Positions 1-13,158 of a stretch of 64,000 nucleotides of DNA are shown here, in pieces. The notes beneath the pieces are model-generated. The model did not search any database and was not told where the DNA came from. It saw nothing but the letters and a program-made list of their open reading frames with translations. Origin of the DNA: Phoronis australis. Taxonomy: Eukaryota; Animalia; Phoronida. How positions within the stretch are numbered: position 1 is the first letter of the stretch; each line of letters opens with the position of its first letter. The position numbers were made by a program, and so were the translations under genes. The stretch spans positions 672,261 to 736,260 of the forward strand of contig NMRA01000111.1 of the NCBI GenBank assembly GCA_002633005.1. The letters run 5' to 3'.

Positions 1-189
1 CATCTTCTGAAAGCCCGTCCACAACTATACCTACTTTGATAGAGCATACAATCAACTACAATAAAGAACAATAGATGGCGCAACATTACGGACGAGGCAT
101 GCTTTACAGTAGGACAGTGCTGGCTGGGTCAGTCTGGTTCAACTAGGCATAACCAGAACAAAGTGAGCTGAAAGCCAGCCAGCTGCGTG

Positions 190-1018
190 TGACCGAAGGA
201 ACAACGGTATCCGAAAATCTCGAATAATTCAAAAAGTAGACGTCGTAGCGCAAAATGGAAAATATCCTGAAAACCCGTTCAAAATTCTATCTAAAGTGGT
301 AGTTTGGCAAAAATCCAAAAAATTTTCGAGAAAATTGAAAATTTGCCGTTTTTTTTGAAATTCAAAGTCAAATAACTCGAAAATGGTAAGTATGAGAAAT
401 ACGCTCTCGCAGACTTTTTGAAAGGCAATACTTCAAGGAATCCACATGCAAAAATTCACGTCATTTGCTCTTCCCATAAAAAATGCGACATCAGAGCGAT
501 TGAAACCGTGTGAACATGCCCCCCAGCCGCCATCTTGAAAGTGACTTCCGGTTCAATAATTTTTTATAAAAGCTTATTAAACTCAACAAACACGTGACCA
601 GTTTGAAAGTGATTGGTTTGCAAATGCGCCCCCTACAGGAGAAAATGTTTTTAGCCATATTTCGGGGTGCGCATGCGCCACGTCCAATATTTCCCCCATC
701 TTTAACCGGAAGTCAATGATTTTCTGCACAGTTGTAGCACATGCGCTCTAGTAAATTCGTACTGATTTTCAGCCATGTACGTCGAAAAATGCGGCCTCTA
801 CGAGCATTTGACTGTGAAATCGGATACAAAATGGCCACCACGTCCGCCATTTTGTATCCGATCATGACCAAAAACAATAGGCTTCTAGGACTTTGTGATC
901 TACACGTTGTGTGCAAATTTCGTGAAAATTGGACCAAAATTGCGACCTGTAGAGTGCAAACAAACAAACAAACAAAATGAAAGCGCTCCGAGGAGCGAAC
1001 CTTGGCGAAATTAACCAA
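190..1018. mobile_element. Interspersed repeat (non-autonomous, Helentron/HINE-like) ending in (ACAA)n and a cttggcgaaa motif; boundaries approximate
   Basis: Recurrent aaatttcgtgaaaattgg / aaaaatgcgacctgt motifs shared with a diverged copy at about 5330-6255. Confidence 0.5.
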
Positions 1019-1020
1019 AA

Positions 1021-1235
1021 AGATGACGATAAAGATGATGACAAAGATGACGAATATGACGACGATGGTGAAAAAAAGAAGTATTAATAACATACACATG
1101 GCGAACGTAGAGGTCCGAAATCAGTAAGAAAAAGGCTACAGTCTTGTGCGACACTTGGCGAAAATAACGGAAAAGACAACGACGGAGATGATGATGAAGA
1201 TGACGAAGATGATGACGAATATGATGATGGTGGTG
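1021..1235. repeat. Degenerate (GAT/GAC)n trinucleotide repeat running into an assembly gap
   Basis: gatgacgat… tracts at about 1022-1070 and 1180-1235. Confidence 0.85.
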
Positions 1236-1589
1236 NNNNNNNNNNNNNNNNNNNNNNNNNNNNNNNNNNNNNNNNNNNNNNNNNNNNNNNNNNNNNNNNN
1301 NNNNNNNNNNNNNNNNNNNNNNNNNNNNNNNNNNNNNNNNNNNNNNNNNNNNNNNNNNNNNNNNNNNNNNNNNNNNNNNNNNNNNNNNNNNNNNNNNNNN
1401 NNNNNNNNNNNNNNNNNNNNNNNNNNNNNNNNNNNNNNNNNNNNNNNNNNNNNNNNNNNNNNNNNNNNNNNNNNNNNNNNNNNNNNNNNNNNNNNNNNNN
1501 NNNNNNNNNNNNNNNNNNNNNNNNNNNNNNNNNNNNNNNNNNNNNNNNNNNNNNNNNNNNNNNNNNNNNNNNNNCAAAAAAAAAAAAAA

Positions 1590-1899
1590 AAACTTGCTGT
1601 CAGAGCAACATACTTGGCGGAAGAATTCCGCCAAGTAAAAAACAAACTTAGTGGAAGAGCAACATACTTGGCGAAATTTATTTCGCCAAGTAAAAAACTT
1701 AGTGGAAGAGCAACATACTTGGCGAAATTTATTTCGCCAAGTAAAAAACTTAGTGGAAGAGCAACATACTTGGCGAAATTTATTTCGCCAAGTAAAAACT
1801 TGCTGTCAGACCAACATACTTGACGGAATTCGAAGAATTCCGCCAAGTAAAAACTTCCTGTCAGACCAACGTACTTGGCGGAATTCTTCCGCCAAGTAA
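1590..1899. repeat. Tandem array of about 51-bp units, each containing the palindrome ACTTGGCG…CGCCAAGT
   Basis: About 6 units; three share the identical core aaacttagtggaagagcaacatacttggcgaaatttatttcgccaagtaaaaa. Confidence 0.92.
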
Positions 1900-3737
1900 C
1901 TAGCATGTAAGTGTACAATCATTTGTCAATGACTAAGTTCTATACCTTGGAGTCTTTCAAAAAAAAAAACATTTGCAATGCAAGCTAATTTATTGACAGT
2001 TTCCCACCCAGTCAGAGAAGGTGATGTTTTGATGAATGGTTATAAAATACTGACAAACAATCAGTGAACATGTGAATTATCCAATACGTTTTGGTAATTT
2101 CTACGCTGCCCATTATGGGTCATGTGGTGACTTGGCGGACCTGTCAAGTTTGATGGCCAAAGTACTTGGGAAATGCTTGTGTTGTAGTGTGTTGTAATTG
2201 ACTGATTTCTGCCAGCTATATTGTGAACTCAGGGGTCAAGGATGGGTGACACCAGACTGAACTATGTCACTCCTTTAAAATCTTATGTAAAATTGCTTGG
2301 TTCTGCTAAGTGGTTTTCTGCCATTTGTGAAATTATGCTTTTGACATTGAATGTGACATTCAGAAAATAATGTTTGACTTACTTCCATGCTGAAGGTTGA
2401 CACAAAGTGTATACATTAACATGACCCTTGTAAATGTGCAAAACAAGGTTGAAGACAAAATTATGGCATGTTTTTGTAATAACTGAATTGTAGCATCATT
2501 CATATACTTTTCATTAAAAACGAGTTTCACATGGCATTGATTAAAATTAAGTTTCGCTATCTGCTACCGCCTATCCAAACACATTTTATTTGCAGTCTGA
2601 CAAAAGATTTCTGTTCAATTATAAAATCAAGAAATGAGCATGGGGGATAGTGCAGAGTTTAAAAATAAATTATTTTACTTGCTAATCACCCCGTGGGAGG
2701 GGGATACTTTTAAGTATTTCATGAATGACCTGGTACATTTCTGTGATCAAGATTTTGCAGTCACCAACTTTTGTGGCTTGTTATGTATATTTTTTGTTAA
2801 TTTATGTAGTTACCAATTTATACATTTGGTCTATGGTTTTAAAGCAGTGGTGTGTAATATCGTGGAAATTGCTTGGTTTGAATAGTCCAGGAGAATGGTA
2901 TGTCAATACTGATTGTCAATGAGTACAACCACAAAGTTAGCATTCTATTCTTATCAGTCAGAGCAATATAATGTCAGTTTAAACACGTCATAAGATTGGC
3001 ATTTGTGGAATCAAAATTGGTTCCTGAACATAGATATTTCGAAGAGGCCATTACAAGCCAAAATTATGTAGCTTAAACATAGCCCTTCATTCAGTTATTG
3101 GTGATAGTTGATGGTGTTTTGTGATGGGTTGACTCATTTGTACATAACCTTTTGATTTTTTTGCCGTAGGCTGTTACTGTGATTGAATTAGGATATGTAC
3201 TGCTCTTTGTGTCCAACTATATCCATGTCTTCCATTTAGTAAATTAAACTCAGCTTTTGACTCGGATCACATAACAATACTATTTGTTTTTTCAAAGAAG
3301 CTGGATACACAATAGAAAATTCTTAGAAAACTGAAAGTGAAACAAAAATGCTGAGACTTATTATTTGTTTAGTTTCATTCATAGTTTTTTAAGTGAATTC
3401 TCAATACAGTGAAAAAAAATCAACCATTATGAAACTGCAATCAGTTTTCTAGCTTTGCCATTGTGTAAAAAGCTAAACAAGATTATCTTTAAAATTCTTA
3501 GAAGAACTTCATCAATGCTCATGCAGTATTTCTAAGAAAACGCCATGTTTTTATTGAATTTGTGAGATTGTGTGGACTTCCAATTGGGTTAATATTGAAT
3601 CTTGTGCTCGTTGATATGATTGATAACTGGGTAATTAACTTTGGAAGTGCTCCCAAAAAGTTGTTGACATTCTTAAAGTGTCATTGACCTAGTGACCTCG
3701 GGTTATTTCTGATTATAGCAATGTTTATTTTTGCTAG

Positions 3738-3799
3738 GAACATAACAAGGCTTTACTTGAAGAAAACAAAAATGTCCGTGACGAATGCACAAGACTAAG
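3738..3799 (+). CDS. TNIP1: TNIP1/ABIN-like protein, first visible coding exon (EHNKALLEENKNVRDECTRL-R); start codon not identified in window
   Basis: ttttgctag acceptor, AG|gtaagt donor; coiled-coil peptide; phase-2 end matches the next exon (AG+G=Arg). Confidence 0.7.
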
Positions 3800-4589
3800 G
3801 TAAGTCTGTTGTCTCAGTGAATGTTGTTCAACAGTATTTTGTAATATTTCCACTCGGTACAAAAACCCTTTCAGACTCTAAGGCTTTGATGAGTGGCAGG
3901 ATGCTTCATCTGTTGTGTTATTATGACTGAACATATTAGTTTTGAGGCATAATGTCGGTAGGTGAGTGATGTTGACTTGCATGACTGGTTGGCAAATTGT
4001 TCAGATGACTTTTACGTCACTGTTAATTGGATGCATCATAGGAAACTCTAATCAGATAATGATAAGTTAAGTACTGGGTATGTCCATTCAATACATCATA
4101 ATTCTTGTTTTAGCACGACACGTGTTCGCGTTGTTTTTTGTTGATTGTATTTTACTCTTCTTCAATTCGTGGTGCAGTACTGGCAGATCATGAATTCAAT
4201 AACAGATGTGTAAACATGAAATCAGGTTTGCGAGACATGAGAAAAGTCTAAGTGTGGTTACATGCTTTACCTGTAATGCTTAACGATTTCTCGTAATAAC
4301 TTGCAGCCCAGGTTATCAATGTCAATAGAAAGTTAGGGGCCCCCCTGTAGGCTTGCGTTATGCTTTGATATATTGTTTCAACCATTCGACTATGGTGCCT
4401 CCCATAAAGTTTTACCATAATTTGTGTTGATGCATGTGTACTTCAGTGAACTTTATTAAGCACTTGCAACTAGCAAGAAATTAACAATAAGCTTTCTTTG
4501 TGAAATGTTGCAGACATGTTCCTGTTATAGGAACATGTCTCTTACAGTATTTTGTTTTCCATCTGACTATTGTGCCTTAGGATGATATT

Positions 4590-4900
4590 TGATTAACATC
4601 GAAATGTCATTTCCATGCTGCACTCTCGCATCGTTTTTGTTTTCCACTTCTTACTTCCTATCACAGATGTGACGGCTTGAGCGAATTTTTGAGTGGATCC
4701 GGCAATCAGGTTGTCCCTAGAAAAGTTAGTGTCTAAACGTGATTCTAGCTGCCTTTCTTGTGTTTTTGTGTCCTTTGTCAACTTCCAAACTTCTTGAAGA
4801 ATCATAATGAGAGGTGGTAGGTGTGTTCCTATTGAGAACAGTATTTCTGACTTGCTTTGCACTGCCGGTCTAAATGATGACATTAAGTTTACTAGCATTG
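4590..4900 (-). mobile_element. Possible decayed RTE-type LINE fragment (region downstream of the RT domain)
   Basis: Translation LFSIGTHLPPLIMILQEVWKLTK..QERQLES resembles the RTE pattern LY…LP.L.YG.E.W.LTK..E..L; weak. Confidence 0.3.
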
Positions 4901-7892
4901 CTGCATCTCCTGTATCTGTGCATGGTGGGTGCATATCAACACTCTGTGTTGCCCCAGTTACATAAAACATCATCTGTGGACGAGGCAAATAATGCAGAAA
5001 ATCAATCACGACTCAAAAGAACAGAGACACGAAAAGTGAAAGTGCACCACCAAAGAGTAAAATGAATGAAAAACTTGGAAGCGAGGTCGATGACAAAAGC
5101 AAAAACAGCAATGACCCTGACAGGCGTGGCACCGATGTCAAACCAACAAAAGTACATTGAGGAATCAAATCAATATAAGAGCAGTCATCAAATGAGAAAA
5201 TAATGAAAGACTTGAAAATGGTAAGTCAGCTGCGAGAAAGGATGACGCACTGCAGACAGGTCTTGAGGAAATATATTTACATACTAAGTTTCAAAAGATT
5301 GCCTCAAACAATTTCGATGCTAGATTATTCCAAAGAGGCTACCACAGCACCCCCTTGCGTCCGATTTTAACCCAAAACCATAGGCCTGAGCTTTTCACGA
5401 CATACACGACGTTTGTAAATTTCATGTCCAATGGATGAAAAATGCAACCTGCAGCATGAGTGCAATAGACCAACAAAAGTGCAGCGAAGAATTGGTCTAT
5501 AAAAGAACAGTCATCTGACCAGTAAATCTTAAATAACTCAAGAACGGTGCCACAGTGCCATCTTGTGTCCAGTTTGAATTGAAAAATTTAGGTCTCGAGC
5601 TATTATAGAGATACATTTTGTATGAAATTTGACGTGGAGTTGTCATGCGAATAAGAGAAAATCTATAGAACCCACGTTGTTCTTGAACCCTGCGATGTGT
5701 GAGTGCCCTGAAGCCGGAAATGTACCAGTGTTGGATTTCAGTCATCAGTAAATGGTGAATAAGTTGGAGCGAGAAGCTTTCTGTAAACATTTTGCAGCAC
5801 TTGACGAGATCTGTTCATGTGTGTACCAAAGTTCTGACAGATTCATTTAAGGAGGCCAGAGCTACAGTATGAAACCCGTTTCTGAAAATCTCGTAGCGAG
5901 AAATGATCCGCACATTTCCAATAGCCCTTGACGAGATCTATTTATGTGCCAAGTTTCGCATGAAATCTTCTAAGGATGGCAAAGCTAGAGCTACACGAAG
6001 TGAAAATGTGAAAAAAACCATCACAGCGCTACCTTTGGTCATATTCACTCGAAAATGATAAGACTCGAGATATTAGCAAAGAAGATACATGTGTTTTATG
6101 TCCATTGGACAAAAAATGCGACCTGTGGTGTGCGTACAAACAAAGGAAAAATTCAGTCAGGACAAAGCGACATACTTACAGAAATTTCATATCACCAAGT
6201 ACATTGCTTTATCTCGAAGTTTTTTGTTTGAAGAAATTTCATTTCACCAAGTAGATATTGGCTGGCATCAAGTCCTGAGTTGAAACAATTATATATTACA
6301 TGCCCGTACAAAAGGTTTGGACATGTGTTCATGTATATATAGTAAATATCCATGTCACATCAGTTAATGTTGAAGCACTTATTGTTTCTTTTAATTTTGT
6401 TATTGTGATCAAAAACCTGACATAATTTGAAAAGGCATACCTTCATTACCAAGAGTTGCAGAATAAATTTTACTTCTTTTTATCATCACAAAAATAGGGG
6501 TTATGTTGGGTTCTATTTTTAAAATTGTGATATTTTTATATGTACCGAGTGGCAGAAATAGCCATGTTTCGGCCCATAAAATTCAGTTGAAACATAAATT
6601 TTTTATATCACATTGAAAAGTTTACTGGATTGAGCTATATAGGGATTGTTAAGGAATCATCAGCTATCAAAAAATAATCAAGATGTCCGAATTTTTAAAT
6701 GTTCATAATCACAATTATTTCAAGAGTTTTGGTGTATGGTAAGTGCGTGTACGGTGTGCTTTTGATCATTACATCTTCCTTGTAAGTGAGAAGTTAAATG
6801 AGCTGTGAATATCACAACCTGGTGAATTCTTTTTCATGAAGTCCGAATGAGGACAAATGCTGAAGACAAGCACTAAGTTCCGTGCACCTGGTGGGGATGC
6901 AAAAAGATCAGTGATGGTTATCTGTTGTAATCAAGGTTGCTTTGAATCACTACAAAATGGTGACCAGGAGCACTGAAACATTGGTTGGAATTGTGTTGTC
7001 CAGTTTATGATGAATGCTTCCTTATAATAAATTGCTTATGAGAATAGCTGAAGTTTCAATAGAAACTGATACTGAAACTGATCATAACATGAAATACTAA
7101 TTGTTTTGAGGTGCAGACGTAGAGTTGCAGTCTTCCTGATTTCGTCCAAAAATTGACACAAGACTTTTTATCTTGTTATATTAAGCAATATATAATACCA
7201 CAATTTTTTGTTTAATAAATCATAAATTAAATGCCAGATTAAGGAAACTGACAACCTTCATACCGTGGGATCAACTTTCTTAAATATCTGAATAATTGTA
7301 AACCCATGAAACTTCTTATATTTAAAATCCTTGATGGTCACAGAAACTTGTGCACAAAAATAATGCCCAAATGTTTGTTTATCATGTGACTGAGTGTAAT
7401 TTTCCATGGAGATTGTTGTAATGTATGCGCACATGGATGTTCAAGGAAATTTGACGTCTTCCTTTTGTCCACCAGCGTCTAGGCCTCGTAGACATTCACT
7501 GAAAATCCCTAACAAATTTCACATCTGGAATCTCTGTAAAACTCGTTCCCCCCAAAATAAAAACTGTCACATAATTACAAATTGCTGGGCATTATTTTGA
7601 CATCTAACATTTTTTTTTGTTTTTTAAGAAGTTTTGTTTCATGAATAAGCAATTGTTTTAAGAAATTAAACCCTTAGTAATGAAGGTCGTAAGTTAAATG
7701 TGATCTAGATTTTGCTGGTCTCTTAAAACATTTGATTCGATTTCCTTGCTTCATTTGAATTGTTGAAATGCATATTATAAAGTTCAACCTCGTTTGATTG
7801 AGTATTTGCTTTTAATGATTCATTGTGATTATTTGAAATAGAAGTTTTGTTGGTGTGCAAATGTTACAATATAACTTTTATATTTTACATAG

Positions 7893-8031
7893 GAATGCGA
7901 ATTCCCAACTCATGAAAAAAGTAACTCGGCTTCAACAAGATCGTGAGCAAACGGAAGATTCTCTGTTATCCAGTACAAGTTCTAACGGTTGGGTAACAGT
8001 CGACCCACATAAAAACATCAGCTACTCAGAG
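7893..8031 (+). CDS. TNIP1: TNIP1-like exon with Ser-rich LIR/FIR-type motif (NANSQLMKKVTRLQQDREQTEDSLLSSTSSNGWVTVDPHKNISYSE)
   Basis: ttttacatag acceptor, GAG|gtagtt donor, open frame, phase 2 to 0. Confidence 0.75.
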
Positions 8032-9653
8032 GTAGTTGTACGTATTAACTGTCCCCTCCATGCTCTGTTTGGCATGTTCTTGGTAAAAATGAGGTTACGG
8101 GATTATTTTTCCTTACCTACAAACATTCTTTTTTGTTTTGAATGCCTAGCTGAATTTTTCACCCCTGCCCTCTCATTTTATATTTGTCAATTGTGTTTCG
8201 CTCTGACTCATAACATGAGATGTGCAAACAGCTGTTGGGATTTAACAGCAATTGGTTCTTATTCACACTGAGCATTCACATTTTGGCCAATCTAAATGTG
8301 AAAAAGGGCCAAATTTTCAGTGCAGTCTGCTTTAGATATTTTTAACCAAAGTGCAATAGTCCTGGTAACTGTTGCTGGTTATTTTGTTTAGCATCCCAAA
8401 GTTTGTTGCAGTAACCACACTTCCTAGTATCATGAATGCCACTCTGGTTCTGAATTATTTACCCACAATTCTGTTGTGCTTATCACTATTTTTCATCAAA
8501 ATTGGTTCACCATTGGCCGTTCTAAATAAAGTTTCATTGCTGTACTATGAGTTGCAATGCTGCCTTAAAAATATTTGAAAAGGTGTGCGACATTCCAATC
8601 TTTAATGTGGTACTTGACTCAAAAATTTGTCAGCAGCCAAATCTTTCGAAAATTGAACCAGCCGTACAATTCATGTTTCTACCTCTGCAAAAGAGTGTGG
8701 TTGATGTCATTGCTTTTGAACTGTTTAGTGGACTCTAACAATAGTTAACACAGACAACACCAAGAACTTAACTCTCTGTTGACTTTGCAGGTTGGGTAGG
8801 CAAGGCAGCGTAGCATATTTTTACCAAGAAAATGCCAATTCTTACACTTTCATAGGCAAATGGGTGCAAAGGTACTTCATACTAGCTTTCCCATCTTTGA
8901 AAACCAAATGATTCAATAAATTCAACAGCTTTGCTGTTTGAATATTGCCAACCACAGCTGTGTACCATGAAAAGTGACCTAAGTCTGAGATTTAGTCTTA
9001 TGCTCCCTCTTGGCTTTTGCTAATGATTTCTTGTAGATTTGTTATTACCGCACTATCAAATTACCCAACTCAGAGACTTTGTGGATAACTTAAATTTGAT
9101 TAAATTACTCTTCTGAAGTGTTTGTGTGGAGCATAAGACATTTTTTGTGATTTAAGTCACTGTCTTGAAACAGACCCCTTGTGTCCAGATTTTTATGTCT
9201 AGTTTCATGTTTATTTTTTCCTAATCGTCCGTGCTGTTAATTGTTTATGCTTCTTGATTGCCACTATAAAAGCACTTGAAATCATGACAACACAAAACAA
9301 GTGGAACAAAACAAAAATATGATACTCAAATAATGCATGTAAAAGTTAAGATGACATTAAAGGGAAAACAAATAGTTATAGAATATTAAAGAAACTAATA
9401 AAAACACTTCAGGTAATGAAATAATGAAAATTCTCTGAATAAAATAAAATGAAGCTAATATAAAATTGGCAAACATTGTAGGTAATAAACCATAATTTGA
9501 TTAATATTAAGAAGCATAAACAATGATTGCATGGATTGCAATTGATTCTTTGTCAAAAATGTTGACATTCTTTGAATCACCTTGCATGTCTTTTCTCTTC
9601 AAGAGTGTCTGCAGATATATTTGTTAATGTTTCTTGTCTTTTCTCAGTGTTGC

Positions 9654-10290
9654 TTTTTATGCACCCACACATTTATATGTGGGTGCATATTGCCGTCATG
9701 TCTTTACTTAATTTAGCAAGTGTATTAACATGATGTTGACAACAGACAACGAGGAGTTTCGGACGGATCTGACCACTGGTGTGCCCCAAGTGGCAATTTT
9801 AGTTTTTTTACGTATCTTCAAAGGTCCTCAACAGATTTTCATAAAATTTTGAATATAGGTATCTATTGGTGAGATGATGCTATCCTCGTGTTTTTGGATG
9901 GAATCGAGGTATTTTGCACCGCCTAGTGGCCATTTTTGTTGTTTTCAAACCCTGTTTTTGGCGACCACCACTCTATCAACCAAATCATTCTAGAGATGGT
10001 TTTGAAAATTGACGTAAATGTTTTCAGTGTGAAGAGGATGTTTGATGATGGTGACTGACTACTGTGGTAGTTTTGTTTTGTTTTGCGCCCATAGCCATAT
10101 GAAGATAACAGACGACTTTCAGGCGGATCCAACTGTTTCTGTGCCCCCTAGTGGCAATTTCATTTTATTCTGTTTTCCATTGTTTCTCTGAAGTTCCTTG
10201 ACAGATTTTTATGAAATATGGCATGTTCCCGTTTTTTGGATAGATTGTACGTTTTTGCGCCATATAGTGGCCATTTTTGGTGATACTTAA
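9654..10290 (-). mobile_element. Helentron/DINE-like non-autonomous element (reverse copy of the 55355-56286 family)
   Basis: Terminal hairpin atgcacccacacatttatatgtgggtgcat next to a T-run; internal units are reverse complements of those at 55.7-56.2 kb. Confidence 0.75.
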
Positions 10291-11065
10291 TCTTGGTCTG
10301 TTCATGGCTTTCTTGTGGTGTGAAATTTGGATGCTTTTAAAAGAAATTTATCCTGGCACAAGTGGCGTGCTGACGGGACAAAATGTTCGCAACACAACAT
10401 TGTTGATACTTTTTTTATGAAGCTAGTGTGCTTGAAATGAATTTTTGGGAAACACCGTGATGGTAATACTTCGTCAAATTTTAGAAGTCAGAAGACATGC
10501 AAAAATGCTCACTTCATTTCATGGATCATAAATACTTGATCTTGAAGATAACTTCATGTGAAAGTAATGTATGCCATACATGAACCTCTTAACTGAGACT
10601 GTTAAAATTAGAATTTCCTGTCACATGATGCTGACTTTTGCACACACTTTTCAGTGATCTCTTTGTTTCTGCTTTTTTGGGAAAGTCCCACTAACTCTAA
10701 CAATGACTTCTTTCCTTGTCCATTTATTTCTTCGAGTCATATTATCTTTTTCCTAGTTGGGGAATCTGTTAACACCTCTTTTGTTGACTTGTCACATTTA
10801 AGTAGTGCCTGTACACTAAAGTATGCTTGTCACACATGCTAACAGTTTAAGTGGCAAAATACTAATAGTTTTAGCCAGTCGGGTGGCTGGGGGGTGATTG
10901 TCCACAATTGAGTCATTTTTACCAGCAGTTGGCTTGTATTTTCACCACCAGTATATAGTTGATTTGGTTACCATGTTAAAGCAATCTGCCCACAAAATGA
11001 CTCTTGCTACTGTTCACATTTGTTACTACCATTCACACTGCCTCTCTTGCATCTCATCTAGCTGA

Positions 11066-11146
11066 CGCACCAGTCACTGCAACACTCCGTATTCTTGCAC
11101 CGGTCATCGCAACTCTCTGAATTCTCGCACTGGTCACTGCAACACT
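11066..11146. repeat. 30-bp minisatellite, about 2.7 copies
   Basis: gcac(c/t)(a/g)gtca..gcaac.ct units at 30-bp period. Confidence 0.75.
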
Positions 11147-13074
11147 GTTCTTTGGTTTGTCGAAGTCACCTTTATACTCTCTATTAACTTATCAATTAAT
11201 GTCAGTAATTCAAGGTTGCAGATATGTCTAGAGCACTACATCTCTAATTGTCTGTTTTCTGGCAAGGAAATAATCATGCTACCTTACAAATTGCATATAA
11301 TTATACAACAGGACAGTGGTTGGCAATGTTAAAAATGTGATAACACCTAAATCTGTTGACTTACTGTGTTAGAGTGTACTTATGTGGTAATTTTTTAATT
11401 ATTTTGTTTGCAGTAACAGAAATGTTTCCAGTCCTTCATTTATGGAAATAAAATGTTTTAATTTTACAATTACAGTACACAACAAAGTTAAATGTTTCCC
11501 TCGTCATGATGGTTAATTTTGTTAACAGCTAAATAAACTATTATGGCATCAAAATTCTTATGACAGAGTGGTGTAGCCATCTTACTATTTTTCTGTTAAT
11601 TCCCCTTCGTTCTCAGTCATGAAGTATGGCCACTGACAATGAATTCAGCATCTGCCCAACCGTCATAACAGGACTCTTGGTCATTTTGTGTGAATACTCC
11701 TAGCATGTACTGTTAATTTATCTTTTGCTATGGCTAATCTGGCTAGTGTATCTAACCCTAGGTCTGACAAATGAACCACATGGGCACCAAACTTCCTTGT
11801 TATGTCATCAAATGACTCCTTATCCTTGTGACTCCTGTTTCCTTAATGTTTGAGCTCATCACACATGTACTGATCATAGTAAGCATGTGTTATTGATAGT
11901 TCATGCTTTGATTGAAAAGGCATGGTCTGCCCCCACTCCTTACTGTAGTAGTAGCATGTCATACTCATGTGGACAGCAGGTGTTCCAGACATTAGGTTAA
12001 TACACTAGAGGTTAAGTTAGGTCTTATGCCACAATGGGGTTTGCCAAATCCATCCTCTGTTTGCTTGATGGCTTGTACAGGATTTTCCCCAGCTTTTAAA
12101 CAAACCAAAGTACTGTTAAGTTGTTTTGATATTTCTGTGCCATCTGTGTGAGAGTGGTTGTAGTGTATAATTGATAACTATTTTTGATCTCAACACAGCT
12201 GTCACTAAAGTGGTTATGGGAGCTGTGCTTGTAATGTGTGCAGACTTGTGTGATCCTATCGGTGTTGGCTGCAGCCGAGATTATAGTGTGATTCCTGATG
12301 GTCTAGTGTCAACAAAACTTGGCATCATGTGTTGAATTAATTGCATTTTTTGTCATTTCAAGGAAAACTGTTTCAGCTGTAATTGGTTTGTTTGGTTATA
12401 TGTCCAACAAGGACATTTTGGAAATTGACTTTTAAAGATTTACTAGTATTTTATATCCTGTTTTACTATTTGTTTGCTGAAACTGAGATTGAAAGACACT
12501 CTTTGCATAAGACACCCACAAGTGCTTGCTGTTACTGTAAATGGTAATTCAAATGACATTTCTAATTTTGTATCTGGCTTATGGTAAAACTGGCTGCACT
12601 CTAACTCTGTCTTCTTATTCATACTGACAGAAACTTTCTGAAAATGTGAACATTAACAATTGTCGAATTTGTCATTATTCAAGTATTAATTTTTTGCCAA
12701 GCTGTACTTGTATAACAAAAATGAGTTTCAAAATATGCAGGGTAGTGACTGTTGTACAATACAGAGTGCGCTTGTAATGAAGTATAATTTTGCTTTCAAA
12801 TTACTTCAGATGATAAATTTGGACAACTAAAATTTCCCTGCCCTTGTGTTCTAAATTAGTGAAATGTCACTGTAATTCAAATCTCAAAGAATCTAGACAC
12901 ACCTGCTGCATCAGAGTTTTCTTGCAATAATTTTCTTTTATTCAGAGAAGTACCCTCCGAGTGCAGTCTGTTTGCTTTAGTGCCTACATTAATGAACCAG
13001 ATGGCAACTTAAGTTTCACAAATAAAACTAGCAAAAGTTAATTGTTTTTGTCATTTAACCCTTTCTTTCTGTAG

Positions 13075-13158
13075 GATAATGAGCAGACAAAACTTGTTCA
13101 GGCAGCCCCCTTGACAAATGATATTGTTATTGCACAGTACAAGAGACACATTGACCAG
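13075..13158 (+). CDS. TNIP1: TNIP1-like exon (DNEQTKLVQAAPLTNDIVIAQYKRHIDQ)
   Basis: ctttctttctgtag acceptor, CAG|gtgagt donor, 84 nt, phase 0-0. Confidence 0.8.

Noticed and set aside
1590-1899. CRISPR-like array of palindromic repeats
   Set aside because: The sequences between palindromes are repeated rather than unique spacers, there are no cas genes, and the context is eukaryotic.
713-1918. Long ORFs in the ORF track
   Set aside because: They arise from trinucleotide and tandem repeats and from N gaps.
11062-11153. Possible extra TNIP1-like exon over the 30-bp repeat
   Set aside because: An AG acceptor is present but the donor is weak, the peptide is unrecognisable and the gene model is complete without it.
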